A stretch of DNA of 64,000 nucleotides from Thermodesulfobacteriota bacterium (lineage in GTDB: Bacteria > Desulfobacterota_D > UBA1144 > Nemesobacterales > UBA2774), in the NCBI GenBank assembly GCA_965216785.1, contig OZ244197.1:1984001-2048000 (forward strand). The letters run 5' to 3'. The notes beneath the pieces are model-generated. The model did no database searches. It saw only the letters and a list, made by a program, of their open reading frames with translations, and had not been told where the DNA came from. The position numbers and the translations under genes were made by a program. Positions within the stretch are counted from its first letter, which is position 1; the number at the start of each line of letters is the position of its first letter. Below, one piece after another: positions 1 to 11,053 of this stretch.

Positions 1-1
1 T

Positions 2-1202
<1,201 letters not shown>

Positions 1203-1203
<1 letters not shown>

Positions 1204-1871
1204 TGAAAAACACCCGGGCTCCCATAGCGTCCGAAGGGTTTACATATATTGGTGTGCTGGCGCTTTTTGCATGGGCGGCGGCAATACTCAATTTTACTCT
1301 GATATCAATTATTTTAGCCGCTCTTGCGGTGGTCTGCGTATTTTTCTTCCGCGACCCCGAGCGCAACATTCAATCTGACGCCGATTCAGTCGTATCTCCC
1401 GCAGACGGGACAGTGATAACCGTTGACGAGGCTTATGAGAGAGACTTCCTGAACGCCCCGGTAAAGAGGGTCAGCATTTCGCTTGCTCTCTATGACTGCC
1501 ATATAAACAGAATGCCTGTCGGGGGAAAAGTGGGCGGGTCGAAATACACGCCCGGAAGCTTCAACATTGCCAACATGCCGGGGTGGCTGTACCCGGATTC
1601 GATGAAGAAAGCCTCTGACGAAAACGAGAGGCGCTCTACTCTGATCGAAACCCCAAGGGGTCAGGAATTTGTTGTTTACCAGATGACCGGTTTTTTAGCG
1701 CGCCGCATTGTGTCTTACGCAGAGCTCGGCATGGAATTTAAAAAGGGCGATAGATACGGTATGATTAAGTTCGGATCGAGGGTGGATTTATACATGCCCG
1801 AAGAGTGCGTTGTGGAAGCAAGAATAGGTGATAAAGTCGTAGCGGGAGAAACTGTAATAGCGTGGATGTAA
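1203..1871 (+). CDS. psd: Phosphatidylserine decarboxylase proenzyme
   Basis: FFRDPER, SPADG and KFGSRVD autocleavage motif; adjacent to pssA. Confidence 0.93.
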
Positions 1872-2707
1872 AAGAAAGCGGTAAGAGAAAGAATAGATCT
1901 AAACGAAATAAAGTAATGCCGATAATTCCCAATATTTTTACTACCGGGAACCTGTTTTTCGGCCTGCTCTCGATAATGACGTCGATAGAGGTGCTGCACG
2001 CAACCGCCGCGGGAACAGCAGAGTCTGAATGGCTGTTTTCAAGGCTGTGGTGGGCCGCGGGCTTTTTGGTGATAGCGGCGTTCTTTGATGTTCTGGACGG
2101 AAAGCTGGCCCGCTTTATTAAGCACGAGAGTAAATTCGGGCTCTCATATGACTCGCTTTCAGATCTGGTTTCGTTCGGCGTTGCCCCAGGGATATTAATT
2201 TATGTATGGGTGCTGATGGGCACGGGTAAGCTTGGGCTTATGGCGCTGCTCTTCTATATAGTATGCACAGCTCTCAGGTTAGCCCGATTTAACGTACAGT
2301 CGGGCAATGTGGAAAGGTTTAAGTTCACAGGGCTTCCGAGCCCGTGGGCCGCGGGGCTTATGGTATCGCCCGTGATGCTCCTTAGCGCTTTTCAGATTGT
2401 CCCGGACCAAAGGGTGGTATGGTATTACCTGGCGGCGGCTCCTTTTATCGGGCTCCTTATGGTGAGCAATATCCCGTACTGGAAGCGCCCGGCGTTTAAT
2501 ACCGCCGGCCCGTTTAACGCCCTGGTTGTTGCCGCGATACTGTTTGCAGCGGTAATTACAAACCCTGAGATAGTTTTTATTTCAGTAGCTTATCTTTATG
2601 CGGCTGTTGGTTTAGGGGCGTACGTTTATAAACAGCTAAGAGACTGGTCCAAATCACCGGACGAGGCCGGGAGCGCTGATAAAACCAGGAGCGAAGAAGG
2701 CGGCTGA
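1862..2707 (+). CDS. pssA: CDP-diacylglycerol--serine O-phosphatidyltransferase
   Basis: CDP-alcohol phosphotransferase motif DVLDGKLAR...G..YDSLSDLVSFGVAP; RLARFN; start may be the ATG at 1916. Confidence 0.93.
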   Translation: MDVKESGKRKNRSKRNKVMPIIPNIFTTGNLFFGLLSIMTSIEVLHATAAGTAESEWLFSRLWWAAGFLVIAAFFDVLDGKLARFIKHESKFGLSYDSLSDLVSFGVAPGILIYVWVLMGTGKLGLMALLFYIVCTALRLARFNVQSGNVERFKFTGLPSPWAAGLMVSPVMLLSAFQIVPDQRVVWYYLAAAPFIGLLMVSNIPYWKRPAFNTAGPFNALVVAAILFAAVITNPEIVFISVAYLYAAVGLGAYVYKQLRDWSKSPDEAGSADKTRSEEGG

Positions 2708-2900
2708 GACCACTCGACTAATACTTGGGTAAATCCGGCGGGGTTTGTTCGTTTGTCGATATTCCTGAAAACGCTAAACGAGTCGTAATATAGTTTTTTC
2801 GGTATCTAATAAATAGTCTTGAATGCGGGCTAATCCTCATTATCATTTCTAAAAGACAACGGACAAAGGCTCGATTCCGAATACCAAACAGAGGAAGCGT

Positions 2901-5777
2901 ATGAATATTAAAGACTTACTATCCAAATATTTAGCTGTATCGGCAGGCTCAAAGGGCGTCTCGGGCGCTTTTGCGGTTTTTATTTTTACTTTTATCGCAG
3001 TAAGCTTTTTGGCTGTATCGTGCAGCCGGGACGGGAATAATCAAGAGGAGAAAAAAATGGAAGCTGGTAAAGAAGAGCTTAATAATCAAACACAAAGTAA
3101 AGGCGCATCGGGCGAGGGCGGTATTACCAAGTACGAGCTCAAGAACGGGCTTACGGTGATTCTTGAAGAGAATCACGCCTCTCCGGTGGTCTCGGTGAAC
3201 GTGTGGGTGGAGACAGGGAGCGCCTGCGAGGTGGAAGGCGAGTACGGACTTGCTCACGTGCACGAGCACATGCTTTTTAAGGGCACAGAGAAAAGGGATG
3301 TGGGTGAGATCGCGCGGGTGATCGAGTCAAGCGGCGGGGACATTAACGCTTTTACTTCTTTTGACGAGACGGTTTACTATGTGGTTATCGCGAGCAGGTT
3401 TCTGGACACTGCTCTTGACGTGCTCTCTGACGCCATGCAGAACTCCACGTTTGACCCCGGGGAGCTTGAGAAAGAGCTTGAGGTTGTGGTGGAGGAGATA
3501 AGACGGGGGCAGGACTCACCGGGAAGAAATTTGAGCGAGAAGATGTTCAGCACCGCTTTTACCGAGCACCCCTACGGGAGGCCGATTATCGGGAGCATCG
3601 AGAGCGTGAGGAGCTTTACTAGAGAAGGAATACTGGAATTTTATAAGAAATGGTATTCCCCTGAAAACATGGTGCTCGTCGTTGTCGGGGATTTTGATTC
3701 TGACACTGTGGGGCAAAAGATTGAAGAGACGTTCGGCAAGCTCAAGAAAAAAGAGGTGGCCGAGTGCGTGATCGAAGACGAGCCCGAGCAGGAGGGGATG
3801 AGGACCTTTATTATTGATAAGCCCTTGCAGGAGGGGTACTTCTCCTTCGCCTACCATATCCCCAACGCCAGACACGAGGACACGCCGGTGATGGATGTGC
3901 TCTCAAACATCCTGGGAGGGGGAGAGAGCTCTAGACTTTACAGGAATATTAAAGAAGAAAAGGGGATTGTGAACAATATCTACGCCTATTCGTTTACCCC
4001 TAAATATGAGGGGATACTCGCGGTGGGCGGGACCATAGACCCCGTGAAATCCAAGGAGACACTAAAGGAAGTAATGACTGAGCTAAACAGGCTGAAGTAC
4101 GAGCCCGTAAGCGCGGAGGAGCTTGAGAGGGTAAAGGTGAATATCGAAAGCGACGCGGTGTATACGAAAGAGACTATGCAGGGGCAGGCTCAGAAGCTAG
4201 GGTTCTATGAGGTCGAGACCGGAGACTTCAGGTTTGAGGAAGAGTACTTAGAGGGCGTACGCAACGTGAGCGCCAAAGATATAATGGAGGCGGCCAGAAA
4301 ATATATAAATAACGATAACCTCACGGCAGGTTACTTGCTGCCTACCGGGCAGGTGAGTATAACTGACGCCGAGATTAGGGAAATTGCGGCTAAATCTACC
4401 TCTGATGCGGACAAAGAGGCCGCCGCTAAATCAGAGAGCTCGGGAGAGGAGCTTATTGAGGAAGTGATAGAGGTTGAGAGCGCTTCGGCGGACGCCGGGC
4501 CTGCGCAAAAAGCTTCTTATACCGGCGTATCATCGCCGAATGTAAGTAAACACGTTTTGGAAAACGGCATTCAGGTACTGATAAAAGAAAATAACTCTAT
4601 TCCCCTATTCGCGGCGCGCGCCGCGTTCCTTGGCGGCGTGAGATATGAGGACGAGTCCACTAACGGGGTCTCTAATTTTGTATCACGAATGCTCACAAGA
4701 GGCACAGAGACAAGGACCGCTCAGGACATTGCGGAGCAGATAGAGTCCATAGCGGGCGATGTGTCAGGGTTCTCCGGGCGTAACAGCTTTGGAGTGACAG
4801 TCGAGTCTCTAAGTAAAAATTTTCCTGAAGCGTTCGAGATATTTTCAGACGTGCTGCTGCACCCCTCTTTTGACGCGCAGGAGGTTGAACGCGCTAGGAG
4901 GGAGATACTGGCAGAGATAAACCGTCAGGGCGATAACCTTCTTAAGACCACGGTGAACCTCTTTTTAGAGACTCTGTACAGCGAGCACCCGTATAAATAT
5001 AATTCGCTCGGCACAGTAGAGACGGTAAGTGATTTTAACGGTTCTGACCTTGCTTCGTTCTACGAGAAATACGCCCGTCCCGAGAATATGGTTATTACGG
5101 TGGTGGGTAATGTGAACGAGGATGATGTGCTCGCGCTTGTAAAAGAAAAATTCGGCGCACTCGAAAAGGGCAAGAGCCCGGTTCCGCAAATAGCCGCCGA
5201 GCCCGCGCCAACTGAAATAAAAACCAAAGTCGACACTAAGCCCGATAAGGCCCAGATGCATATTATTATGGGGTTTCAGGGCCCGACCCTAAAGGATAAA
5301 GACCACTACGCGTTTGAGGTACTAAACACGATCCTTTCGGGGCAGGGCGGGAGACTGTTCCTTGAGCTAAGGGATAAGAAGAGCCTCGCCTACACCGTGA
5401 CTTCGTTCTACACGCCCGGGCTTGAACCCGGGTTCTTCGGTGTGTATATCGGAACCGCACCCCCAAAAGAGCAAGAGGCGATCTCCGGCATAAAATCAGA
5501 GCTCGATAAACTTCTTAGAGACGGAGTGACAGAGGCAGAGCTTGCGCGCGCCCAGAATTATCTCGTAGGAAACTTTGAGATCGGGCTTCAGCAGAACTCG
5601 GCGCAGGCTGCCAAGATAACTTTCGATGAACTCTACGGGATCGGGTGGGAAGAGTATCAGAAATATCCTGACAACATCTACTCCGTTACCAAAGAGGACG
5701 TGCTCGAGGCCGCGAGAAAATACATTGATCTTGACAGATACACGCTTACGATAGTAAAACCCGACGAGACGACCTAG
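2901..5777 (+). CDS. M16 (pitrilysin-like) zinc protease, two fused M16 units, probable lipoprotein
   Basis: Inverted zinc motif HVHEH in GLAHVHEHMLFKGT, NAFTSFDET; second unit degenerate; LAVSC lipobox-like. Confidence 0.9.
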   Translation: MNIKDLLSKYLAVSAGSKGVSGAFAVFIFTFIAVSFLAVSCSRDGNNQEEKKMEAGKEELNNQTQSKGASGEGGITKYELKNGLTVILEENHASPVVSVNVWVETGSACEVEGEYGLAHVHEHMLFKGTEKRDVGEIARVIESSGGDINAFTSFDETVYYVVIASRFLDTALDVLSDAMQNSTFDPGELEKELEVVVEEIRRGQDSPGRNLSEKMFSTAFTEHPYGRPIIGSIESVRSFTREGILEFYKKWYSPENMVLVVVGDFDSDTVGQKIEETFGKLKKKEVAECVIEDEPEQEGMRTFIIDKPLQEGYFSFAYHIPNARHEDTPVMDVLSNILGGGESSRLYRNIKEEKGIVNNIYAYSFTPKYEGILAVGGTIDPVKSKETLKEVMTELNRLKYEPVSAEELERVKVNIESDAVYTKETMQGQAQKLGFYEVETGDFRFEEEYLEGVRNVSAKDIMEAARKYINNDNLTAGYLLPTGQVSITDAEIREIAAKSTSDADKEAAAKSESSGEELIEEVIEVESASADAGPAQKASYTGVSSPNVSKHVLENGIQVLIKENNSIPLFAARAAFLGGVRYEDESTNGVSNFVSRMLTRGTETRTAQDIAEQIESIAGDVSGFSGRNSFGVTVESLSKNFPEAFEIFSDVLLHPSFDAQEVERARREILAEINRQGDNLLKTTVNLFLETLYSEHPYKYNSLGTVETVSDFNGSDLASFYEKYARPENMVITVVGNVNEDDVLALVKEKFGALEKGKSPVPQIAAEPAPTEIKTKVDTKPDKAQMHIIMGFQGPTLKDKDHYAFEVLNTILSGQGGRLFLELRDKKSLAYTVTSFYTPGLEPGFFGVYIGTAPPKEQEAISGIKSELDKLLRDGVTEAELARAQNYLVGNFEIGLQQNSAQAAKITFDELYGIGWEEYQKYPDNIYSVTKEDVLEAARKYIDLDRYTLTIVKPDETT

Positions 5778-5861
5778 CAGCTTTAATCTGAAGAACCTTT
5801 CAAATTTCCAACATTAAGAGCATCGGATAGGTGCGTTCGCTGATTACACTTAAAAACACTA

Positions 5862-5891
5862 TTGCAATTTTGTGGGGGATTGTAGTATAAT
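5862..5891 (+). promoter_or_regulatory. Sigma70-type promoter in intergenic region
   Basis: TTGCAA (5862-67), 18 nt spacer, TATAAT (5886-91); no protein gene follows on this strand. Confidence 0.5.
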
Positions 5892-5900
5892 GGGTGGTTA

Positions 5901-5998
5901 ATGAGCCCGGGGGAGATCAAAATCTGTACTCCTTAAGTACTCGTTAAAGGAGGAGTAGATTCTAAAGAGGTATGGAGAGTCTCTTCCCCCGGACCCAT
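5901..5998 (+). ncRNA. Candidate structured small RNA (nested hairpin)
   Basis: CCGGGGGAGA pairs with TCTTCCCCCGG; inner AATCTGTACTCCT pairs with AGGAGTAGATT; lies just behind a consensus promoter. Confidence 0.35.
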
Positions 5999-6213
5999 GT
6001 TTGGTATTACGTTTATAGTATAGCTAATAATTTCGGATTGTGACTATAAAATATTCCCCCGGCATACCCAATATTTATATGAGCCGTAATTACTACTGTA
6101 AATACTAATAGTTTTGGCTTCGGCAAACCTCGGATAATTACAGCTCGACTGGGAAAAGCACTTTGCCATACCTATAATTTGACAACAATTCTGTTATCTA
6201 CACTCCGGAAATC

Positions 6214-7068
6214 TTACCAGTGCTTTCCGTAAAGCTTCTCGGCGTTATTCCAGAAGATGTCGTCTTTTAGCTGCTCTGAAATGTCTGCGCCTTCTATCTT
6301 CCAGTACTCTGACGCAAAGTCGCTCCATGGGATATCAGAGCCGAAAAGGAACCTGTCGCCCCCGATGCCTCTTTCCTCAATTTCCTTAAGAAGCCAAGTT
6401 GACCCGAAACCCACAGCCCAAGAGGAATCCGTGTAGACCTTGTAGCCCTCTTCAACCAGATCGAAGAACCTTGGGACAAATTTTATGTGGCCGCTCACGC
6501 CGCCGCCCATGTGCACGACATGGATTTTAACCCTTTTGCCATACTCTTTTATGAGCCCGAGTGCGTTATCTATGTCCGAGCCTCCACCGGGGCTGGTGTG
6601 AATGTGGAGCGGCATATCGTTTTCTTCCGCTGCGCCCAGGATCATTTCCCATAGCGCTTTAGAGTCTTCGTCCCACTCCGCAGGGTTAAACGTTCCGCCG
6701 AGAAGGCAGGTGGTCTTAAGACCTACGAGTCCCTGCTCGCCGATCAGACTCAGTGCCTCTTCAGTGCGCTCCTTATCTTTTGGAAGCGCTGAGACCCATA
6801 TTAATCCCATCAGACGGTCAGTCGACTGTACGCTTTCTCCGACAAGGGGATTTAAAGTAAAGGGCTGGGCCGAATCCGGGTAACCGTAATTGGCCATTAT
6901 GAGCGCTCTGTCCACGCCGTGCCCGTCCATACCCTTTAGATATTCGTCCGCGGTGTCATAGTCTGTTGTAGGCTTGACCGCTTCGGGGAGCCCGTAGTAC
7001 GCAAACCCCGGAACAGGACCTATGTGACTGTGGTTATCAAATACCTTCTTTCTATTATTCATACCCAT
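6214..7068 (-). CDS. Amidohydrolase_2 family metal-dependent hydrolase
   Basis: DNHSH (HxH), LHIHT, VVHMGGG, LFGSDIPW motifs. Confidence 0.88.
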   Translation of the reverse strand: MGMNNRKKVFDNHSHIGPVPGFAYYGLPEAVKPTTDYDTADEYLKGMDGHGVDRALIMANYGYPDSAQPFTLNPLVGESVQSTDRLMGLIWVSALPKDKERTEEALSLIGEQGLVGLKTTCLLGGTFNPAEWDEDSKALWEMILGAAEENDMPLHIHTSPGGGSDIDNALGLIKEYGKRVKIHVVHMGGGVSGHIKFVPRFFDLVEEGYKVYTDSSWAVGFGSTWLLKEIEERGIGGDRFLFGSDIPWSDFASEYWKIEGADISEQLKDDIFWNNAEKLYGKHW

Positions 7069-7094
7069 ATGACTGCCTCCTATATGTATTTTTT

Positions 7095-7469
7095 TTAGTG
7101 AGTCTCCATTTTTTCCCCAACGCGCGCGCGCATGGACTTTTCTATCGATGTTGAAGATTCTCCCTTCTCTAAGCGTCCGGCAACTTCTTTAAAATCGTCT
7201 CCGTACCCTTTCTTTGTCTGACTCTCGGCTTTATTCATAGTGTCAGCGAGCGTTTTTGTATCTTCTTTCTGTAATTTTTGTTTTCGGGATTCTAATGCTG
7301 CAGGTGAAGGTTTCTCTTTGGCAACGGCGACGCTTGAGATGATGCGCTCCAGTCTCTTGCCGCCGCACTCGGGACAAAGCGGCTTTTCTTCACTTGCTTC
7401 TGTGAAACTTAGGAAAAACACCTCTACATCTTGGTTACAGTCTAAACAGTTGTATTCATAGATAGGCAT
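7095..7469 (-). CDS. FmdB-family zinc ribbon protein
   Basis: MPIYEYNCLDC...CPECG..LERIISS signature. Confidence 0.88.
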   Translation of the reverse strand: MPIYEYNCLDCNQDVEVFFLSFTEASEEKPLCPECGGKRLERIISSVAVAKEKPSPAALESRKQKLQKEDTKTLADTMNKAESQTKKGYGDDFKEVAGRLEKGESSTSIEKSMRARVGEKMETH

Positions 7470-7474
7470 TTAGT

Positions 7475-7602
7475 TTTCCTAAAGTTGATATTTCATATAT
7501 TGTAGGAAATATTGCGTTGGTAGTCAACCACTAATTTTAGTAGTTTGAAATAATATTTTGGAGCGGACAAAAAACTCTTGACTTGATTTCCTAAAGTTGA
7601 TA
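7475..7602. promoter_or_regulatory. Two exact copies of 16-bp TTTCCTAAAGTTGATA (7475-7490, 7587-7602): probable operators in the divergent promoter region
   Basis: Exact direct repeat; second copy lies between TTGACT (7578-83) and TAAAGT (7601-06) of a 17-bp-spaced promoter. Confidence 0.6.
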
Positions 7603-7604
7603 AA

Positions 7605-8102
7605 GTGTCAAGTATAGTAAACGCGTTTAGTGAAGGTCAGTTGGAAAAAATTATTTTTAAGATAGCCGAAAACGAAGAAGAACTAGAGGGTTGTTTTAGG
7701 ATTCGACGTGAAGTATTTGTTGATGAGCAAAAAGTATTCGACGAGACGGATGTAGATGTGTATGACACAGATCCGTTTCATAAAGCGGTACACATTATTG
7801 CACTTAAGGAGTCGGACGGCACGATGGTAGGTGCAGTCAGGTGTTATAGAAAAGAAGGTGATACATGGTTTGGTGGGCGCTTGAGCGCGGCGCGCGGTTA
7901 CCGTAACGGCAGGGTAGGGGCAGGGCTTGTGAGATTCGCCGTAAAAACCATGAAATCGGGTGACTGTAAGAATTTTTACGCATACGTGCAGCCTCAGAAC
8001 GTAAGATTTTTTCAAAGGTTGGGCTGGGAACCTGTAGGAGAGCCTGAGACATACCAAGGACTCCCTCATCAGTTAATGAAAGCTGATTTAGATTCAGAAT
8101 AA
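7605..8102 (+). CDS. GNAT acetyltransferase, MSMEG_0567 N-terminal / NitE-like
   Basis: IRREVFVDEQ..F..TD.D, VGAVR, WFGGRL, A.VQ.QNV.FF..LGW pattern; true start probably TTG at 7641. Confidence 0.85.
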   Translation: MSSIVNAFSEGQLEKIIFKIAENEEELEGCFRIRREVFVDEQKVFDETDVDVYDTDPFHKAVHIIALKESDGTMVGAVRCYRKEGDTWFGGRLSAARGYRNGRVGAGLVRFAVKTMKSGDCKNFYAYVQPQNVRFFQRLGWEPVGEPETYQGLPHQLMKADLDSE

Positions 8103-8118
8103 ACGATTAAGGGTCGAA

Positions 8119-9087
8119 ATGCAGGATTTAATCAGGAACCTCAAATCATCGGATACGCTAGCTCAAAAAGAGACCATACAAAATATTTGGGAGTATTTCC
8201 CGAAGTTCTCAGAAATATCCGGCGAAAAAGTGCATCTCGGAGACGACGCGGCAGCCATTAAGTCAGGAGATGAGTACTTACTGCTTGCCGGAGAGGGCGT
8301 ATACCCGCCGCTCCTTAAATCAAACCCTTATTTAGCCGGACGAACATCCGTGCTAACCAACGTTAATGATATTTACGCGATGGGCGGAAGACCTGTGGCT
8401 ATTGTGGATGTGCTTATGTCACAGGATGTACAAACTACAGGCGAAGTATTGAGAGGTATTAGAGATAATGCCGAGCGCTACGACGTGCCGGTGGTAGGGG
8501 GTCATATATCTCAGGAAACGCCTGCAACTTCTCTCGCTGTCTTTATCTTGGGCAGAGCAAAGAAACTCATTTCGAGCTTTAACGCCCGGAGCGGAGACGA
8601 CCTGGTCTTTATTACAAACTCAAAAGGAAAGTTTGTCTCCGGGTTTAATTTCTGGGACTCCTCGAGCATGCTCAAAGGCTCTGAGGTAAGGGGCGACCTG
8701 GAGCTATTGGCCGAGACCGCGGAACAAGAGCTGGCAGATGCGGGAAAAGACGTGAGTATGGCGGGCTTGATCGGCTCTGTGCTAATGCTCCTTGAAAGCT
8801 CCTCTGTAGGCGCGGAGATAAATATCGACTCTATCCCACGTCCTTTTGAAGTACCGCTTGCGGAGTGGATGCTTGCGTTTCCGAGCTTCGGTTTCATATT
8901 GTCCGTAGATCCTAAGAATACTCCCCGGGTGAGAGAGAAATTCACCACTTCCGGGCTTAGCTGTGAGAGTATAGGCAGGGTGATAGAGGAAAAGAGCGTT
9001 TATTTCGTTGACGACAAGGGTCAAAGAGAGCTATTTTGGGATTTTCATGAAAGCGCGTTAATAGGTACAGGGGAAACAATTTCGTAA
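8119..9087 (+). CDS. AIR synthase-related protein, sll0787/NitF-like
   Basis: LGDDAAAI, NVNDIYAMGGRPVAIVD, VVGGH, AGKDVSMAG, FPSFGF motifs. Confidence 0.88.
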   Translation: MQDLIRNLKSSDTLAQKETIQNIWEYFPKFSEISGEKVHLGDDAAAIKSGDEYLLLAGEGVYPPLLKSNPYLAGRTSVLTNVNDIYAMGGRPVAIVDVLMSQDVQTTGEVLRGIRDNAERYDVPVVGGHISQETPATSLAVFILGRAKKLISSFNARSGDDLVFITNSKGKFVSGFNFWDSSSMLKGSEVRGDLELLAETAEQELADAGKDVSMAGLIGSVLMLLESSSVGAEINIDSIPRPFEVPLAEWMLAFPSFGFILSVDPKNTPRVREKFTTSGLSCESIGRVIEEKSVYFVDDKGQRELFWDFHESALIGTGETIS

Positions 9088-9097
9088 CAGGTGGAAG

Positions 9098-9685
9098 ATG
9101 GATATAGAAAGAAATCAAATAGATCATATTGTTTCAAAGCTCGGGGAGAAGATTAAGGTTCTCCGAACGGAAAAAAATATGTCGCTGAAAGACCTCTCGG
9201 AAAGATCGGGAATTTCCGCGGCCGCAATACATAAGATAGAAGCGAACGGCATCATCCCGACAATCACGACGATGATGAAGATCGCGGACTCGCTCGGGAA
9301 AAACGTGAGTCATTTTATAGAGGAAGACCGTAAGGATAAAGACGTAGTGTTCGTTCCGGCAAAAAAACGCGAGCCGATTCTTACGTTTAAAAAAGGGCTC
9401 GATTTAAAGGGTATTTCGGCAAAGCAGTATGGGGATTTTATTATGACTGCCGCCTACGCGACAGTAGCTGTAGGAGCGACGAGCGGCAGGAGCCCAATGA
9501 AGCACCAAGGTGAGGAGCTTGTTTATTGCCTTCAGGGAAAGATCGAATTCAAGATCAAAAATGAAACCTATGTCTTGGGTCCCGGGGACAGTCTCAATTT
9601 CAGGACGCACCACGACCATAAATGGAAGAATGTAGGTAATAAAGAGGCAAAACTAATATGGGTGCTGGCTGTTCCGCCGACATAA
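9098..9685 (+). CDS. XRE-family HTH plus cupin transcriptional regulator
   Basis: N-terminal HTH (LKDLSERSGISAAAIHKIE), C-terminal cupin (HQGEE...LGPGDS...HKWKN). Confidence 0.9.
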   Translation: MDIERNQIDHIVSKLGEKIKVLRTEKNMSLKDLSERSGISAAAIHKIEANGIIPTITTMMKIADSLGKNVSHFIEEDRKDKDVVFVPAKKREPILTFKKGLDLKGISAKQYGDFIMTAAYATVAVGATSGRSPMKHQGEELVYCLQGKIEFKIKNETYVLGPGDSLNFRTHHDHKWKNVGNKEAKLIWVLAVPPT

Positions 9686-9721
9686 GATAGAGCGGGGCGG
9701 CGCAGCGATACGGAATCTATT

Positions 9722-10993
9722 ATGAATGAAAAATATATTGCCGAGCTTATTAACGACGCCAATAAAGAAGCGGTCACGCGGATACTTTCCTCAGAACCCG
9801 TACTTACGGACGTTGCCCCAGCGCTAGACGCGGTGCCGGGGATGACCCCGACGACAGTGCTCCACGCCGGGCCTCCGATTACCTGGAGGAGGATGTGCGA
9901 CCCCATGAAAAGGGCCGTACGCGGAGCGCTGATTTTTGAGGGCCTCGCCAAGGACGACAAAGGGGCCGAAAAGCTTCTAAAGGACGGAAAGATAACTTTG
10001 GCGCCGGGGCACCATTACGATGCCGTAGGCCCTATGACCGGAATAATATCCGCCTCGATGCCCGTTGTAGTCACAAAGGACCATACTCACGGAAAGACAG
10101 TTTGCTCCACTTTTAACGAAGGCGGCGGCAGGGTGATGTGGTTTGGCTCTGTCTCTCCCGAGACAATAGAGAGGCTTAAGTTTATCCGCGACGTTTTCGG
10201 CCCTACAATGAAAAAGATTTTGAAGAAAACGGGCGGGATACCCGTGTGGAGCATACTAGCGCAGGGGATACAGATGGGAGACGAGTGCCATAACCGCCAC
10301 GCCTCAAGCACGAACATACTCGTGAAAACCATAGTAGAGCCCCTGTTTTCACTTAGCATCCCGAAAAAGCAGGCGTTTCAGGTATACAGGTTTATCGCGG
10401 GAAACAGCCACTTTTTCCTTAACTTTTCAATGACTGCGTGCAAGCTGGCGATGGACGCGGCAAGAGACATAGAGAATTCAACTATAGTGACGGCAATGTC
10501 GCGTAACGGCACGGATTTCGGGATCAGGGTAAGCGGCCTGGGAGACAAATGGTTTACAGCGCCTGCGCCCTACCTCCTTGACGCGCTCTATAACCCGGGC
10601 TACGGACCGAGTGACGGCGCTCCGGACATAGGGGACAGCTCGATCATAGAAACCATGGGCCTCGGCGGGTTCGCCATAGCCGCAGCACCCTCAATGGCCT
10701 CATTCGCCGGGGGCGGTTATCAGGAATCAGTGGAGATTACAAAGAGAATGGGCCAGATAACGACGGTTAAAAATACAAAGTTCGGGATCCCCTCGCTTGA
10801 TTTTGAGGGTACGCCGCTTGGGATTGACATAAGAAAGGTAGTGGAGACTGAGATCCTACCGAGCATAAACAGCGCGGTCGTGCACAAGAGCTCGGGGGCC
10901 GGGCAGATTGGGGCTGGAATAGTGCACGCCCCTTATGAGTGCTTCACGAAAGCGGTGTTGGAGTTTGGCAAGCAATATAAGCTTGCGGCATAG
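9722..10993 (+). CDS. DUF1116 / YlbE (AllG)-like oxamate carbamoyltransferase subunit
   Basis: LHAGPPI, AVGPMTG, MGDECHNR, MSRNGTDFGIRVSG, PDIGDSSIIET, GQIGAG motifs. Confidence 0.88.
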   Translation: MNEKYIAELINDANKEAVTRILSSEPVLTDVAPALDAVPGMTPTTVLHAGPPITWRRMCDPMKRAVRGALIFEGLAKDDKGAEKLLKDGKITLAPGHHYDAVGPMTGIISASMPVVVTKDHTHGKTVCSTFNEGGGRVMWFGSVSPETIERLKFIRDVFGPTMKKILKKTGGIPVWSILAQGIQMGDECHNRHASSTNILVKTIVEPLFSLSIPKKQAFQVYRFIAGNSHFFLNFSMTACKLAMDAARDIENSTIVTAMSRNGTDFGIRVSGLGDKWFTAPAPYLLDALYNPGYGPSDGAPDIGDSSIIETMGLGGFAIAAAPSMASFAGGGYQESVEITKRMGQITTVKNTKFGIPSLDFEGTPLGIDIRKVVETEILPSINSAVVHKSSGAGQIGAGIVHAPYECFTKAVLEFGKQYKLAA

Positions 10994-11053
10994 ATTAAAA
11001 GACGAAAAGACACTGGAATAATAAGTTTGTTACGGAAGAATTGAGACGAAAAA

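Noticed and set aside
8119-9087. purM, selD, hypE or thiL
   Set aside because: Shares the fold only; motifs and neighbours (GNAT, radical SAM, NitB-like) fit the sll0787 family.
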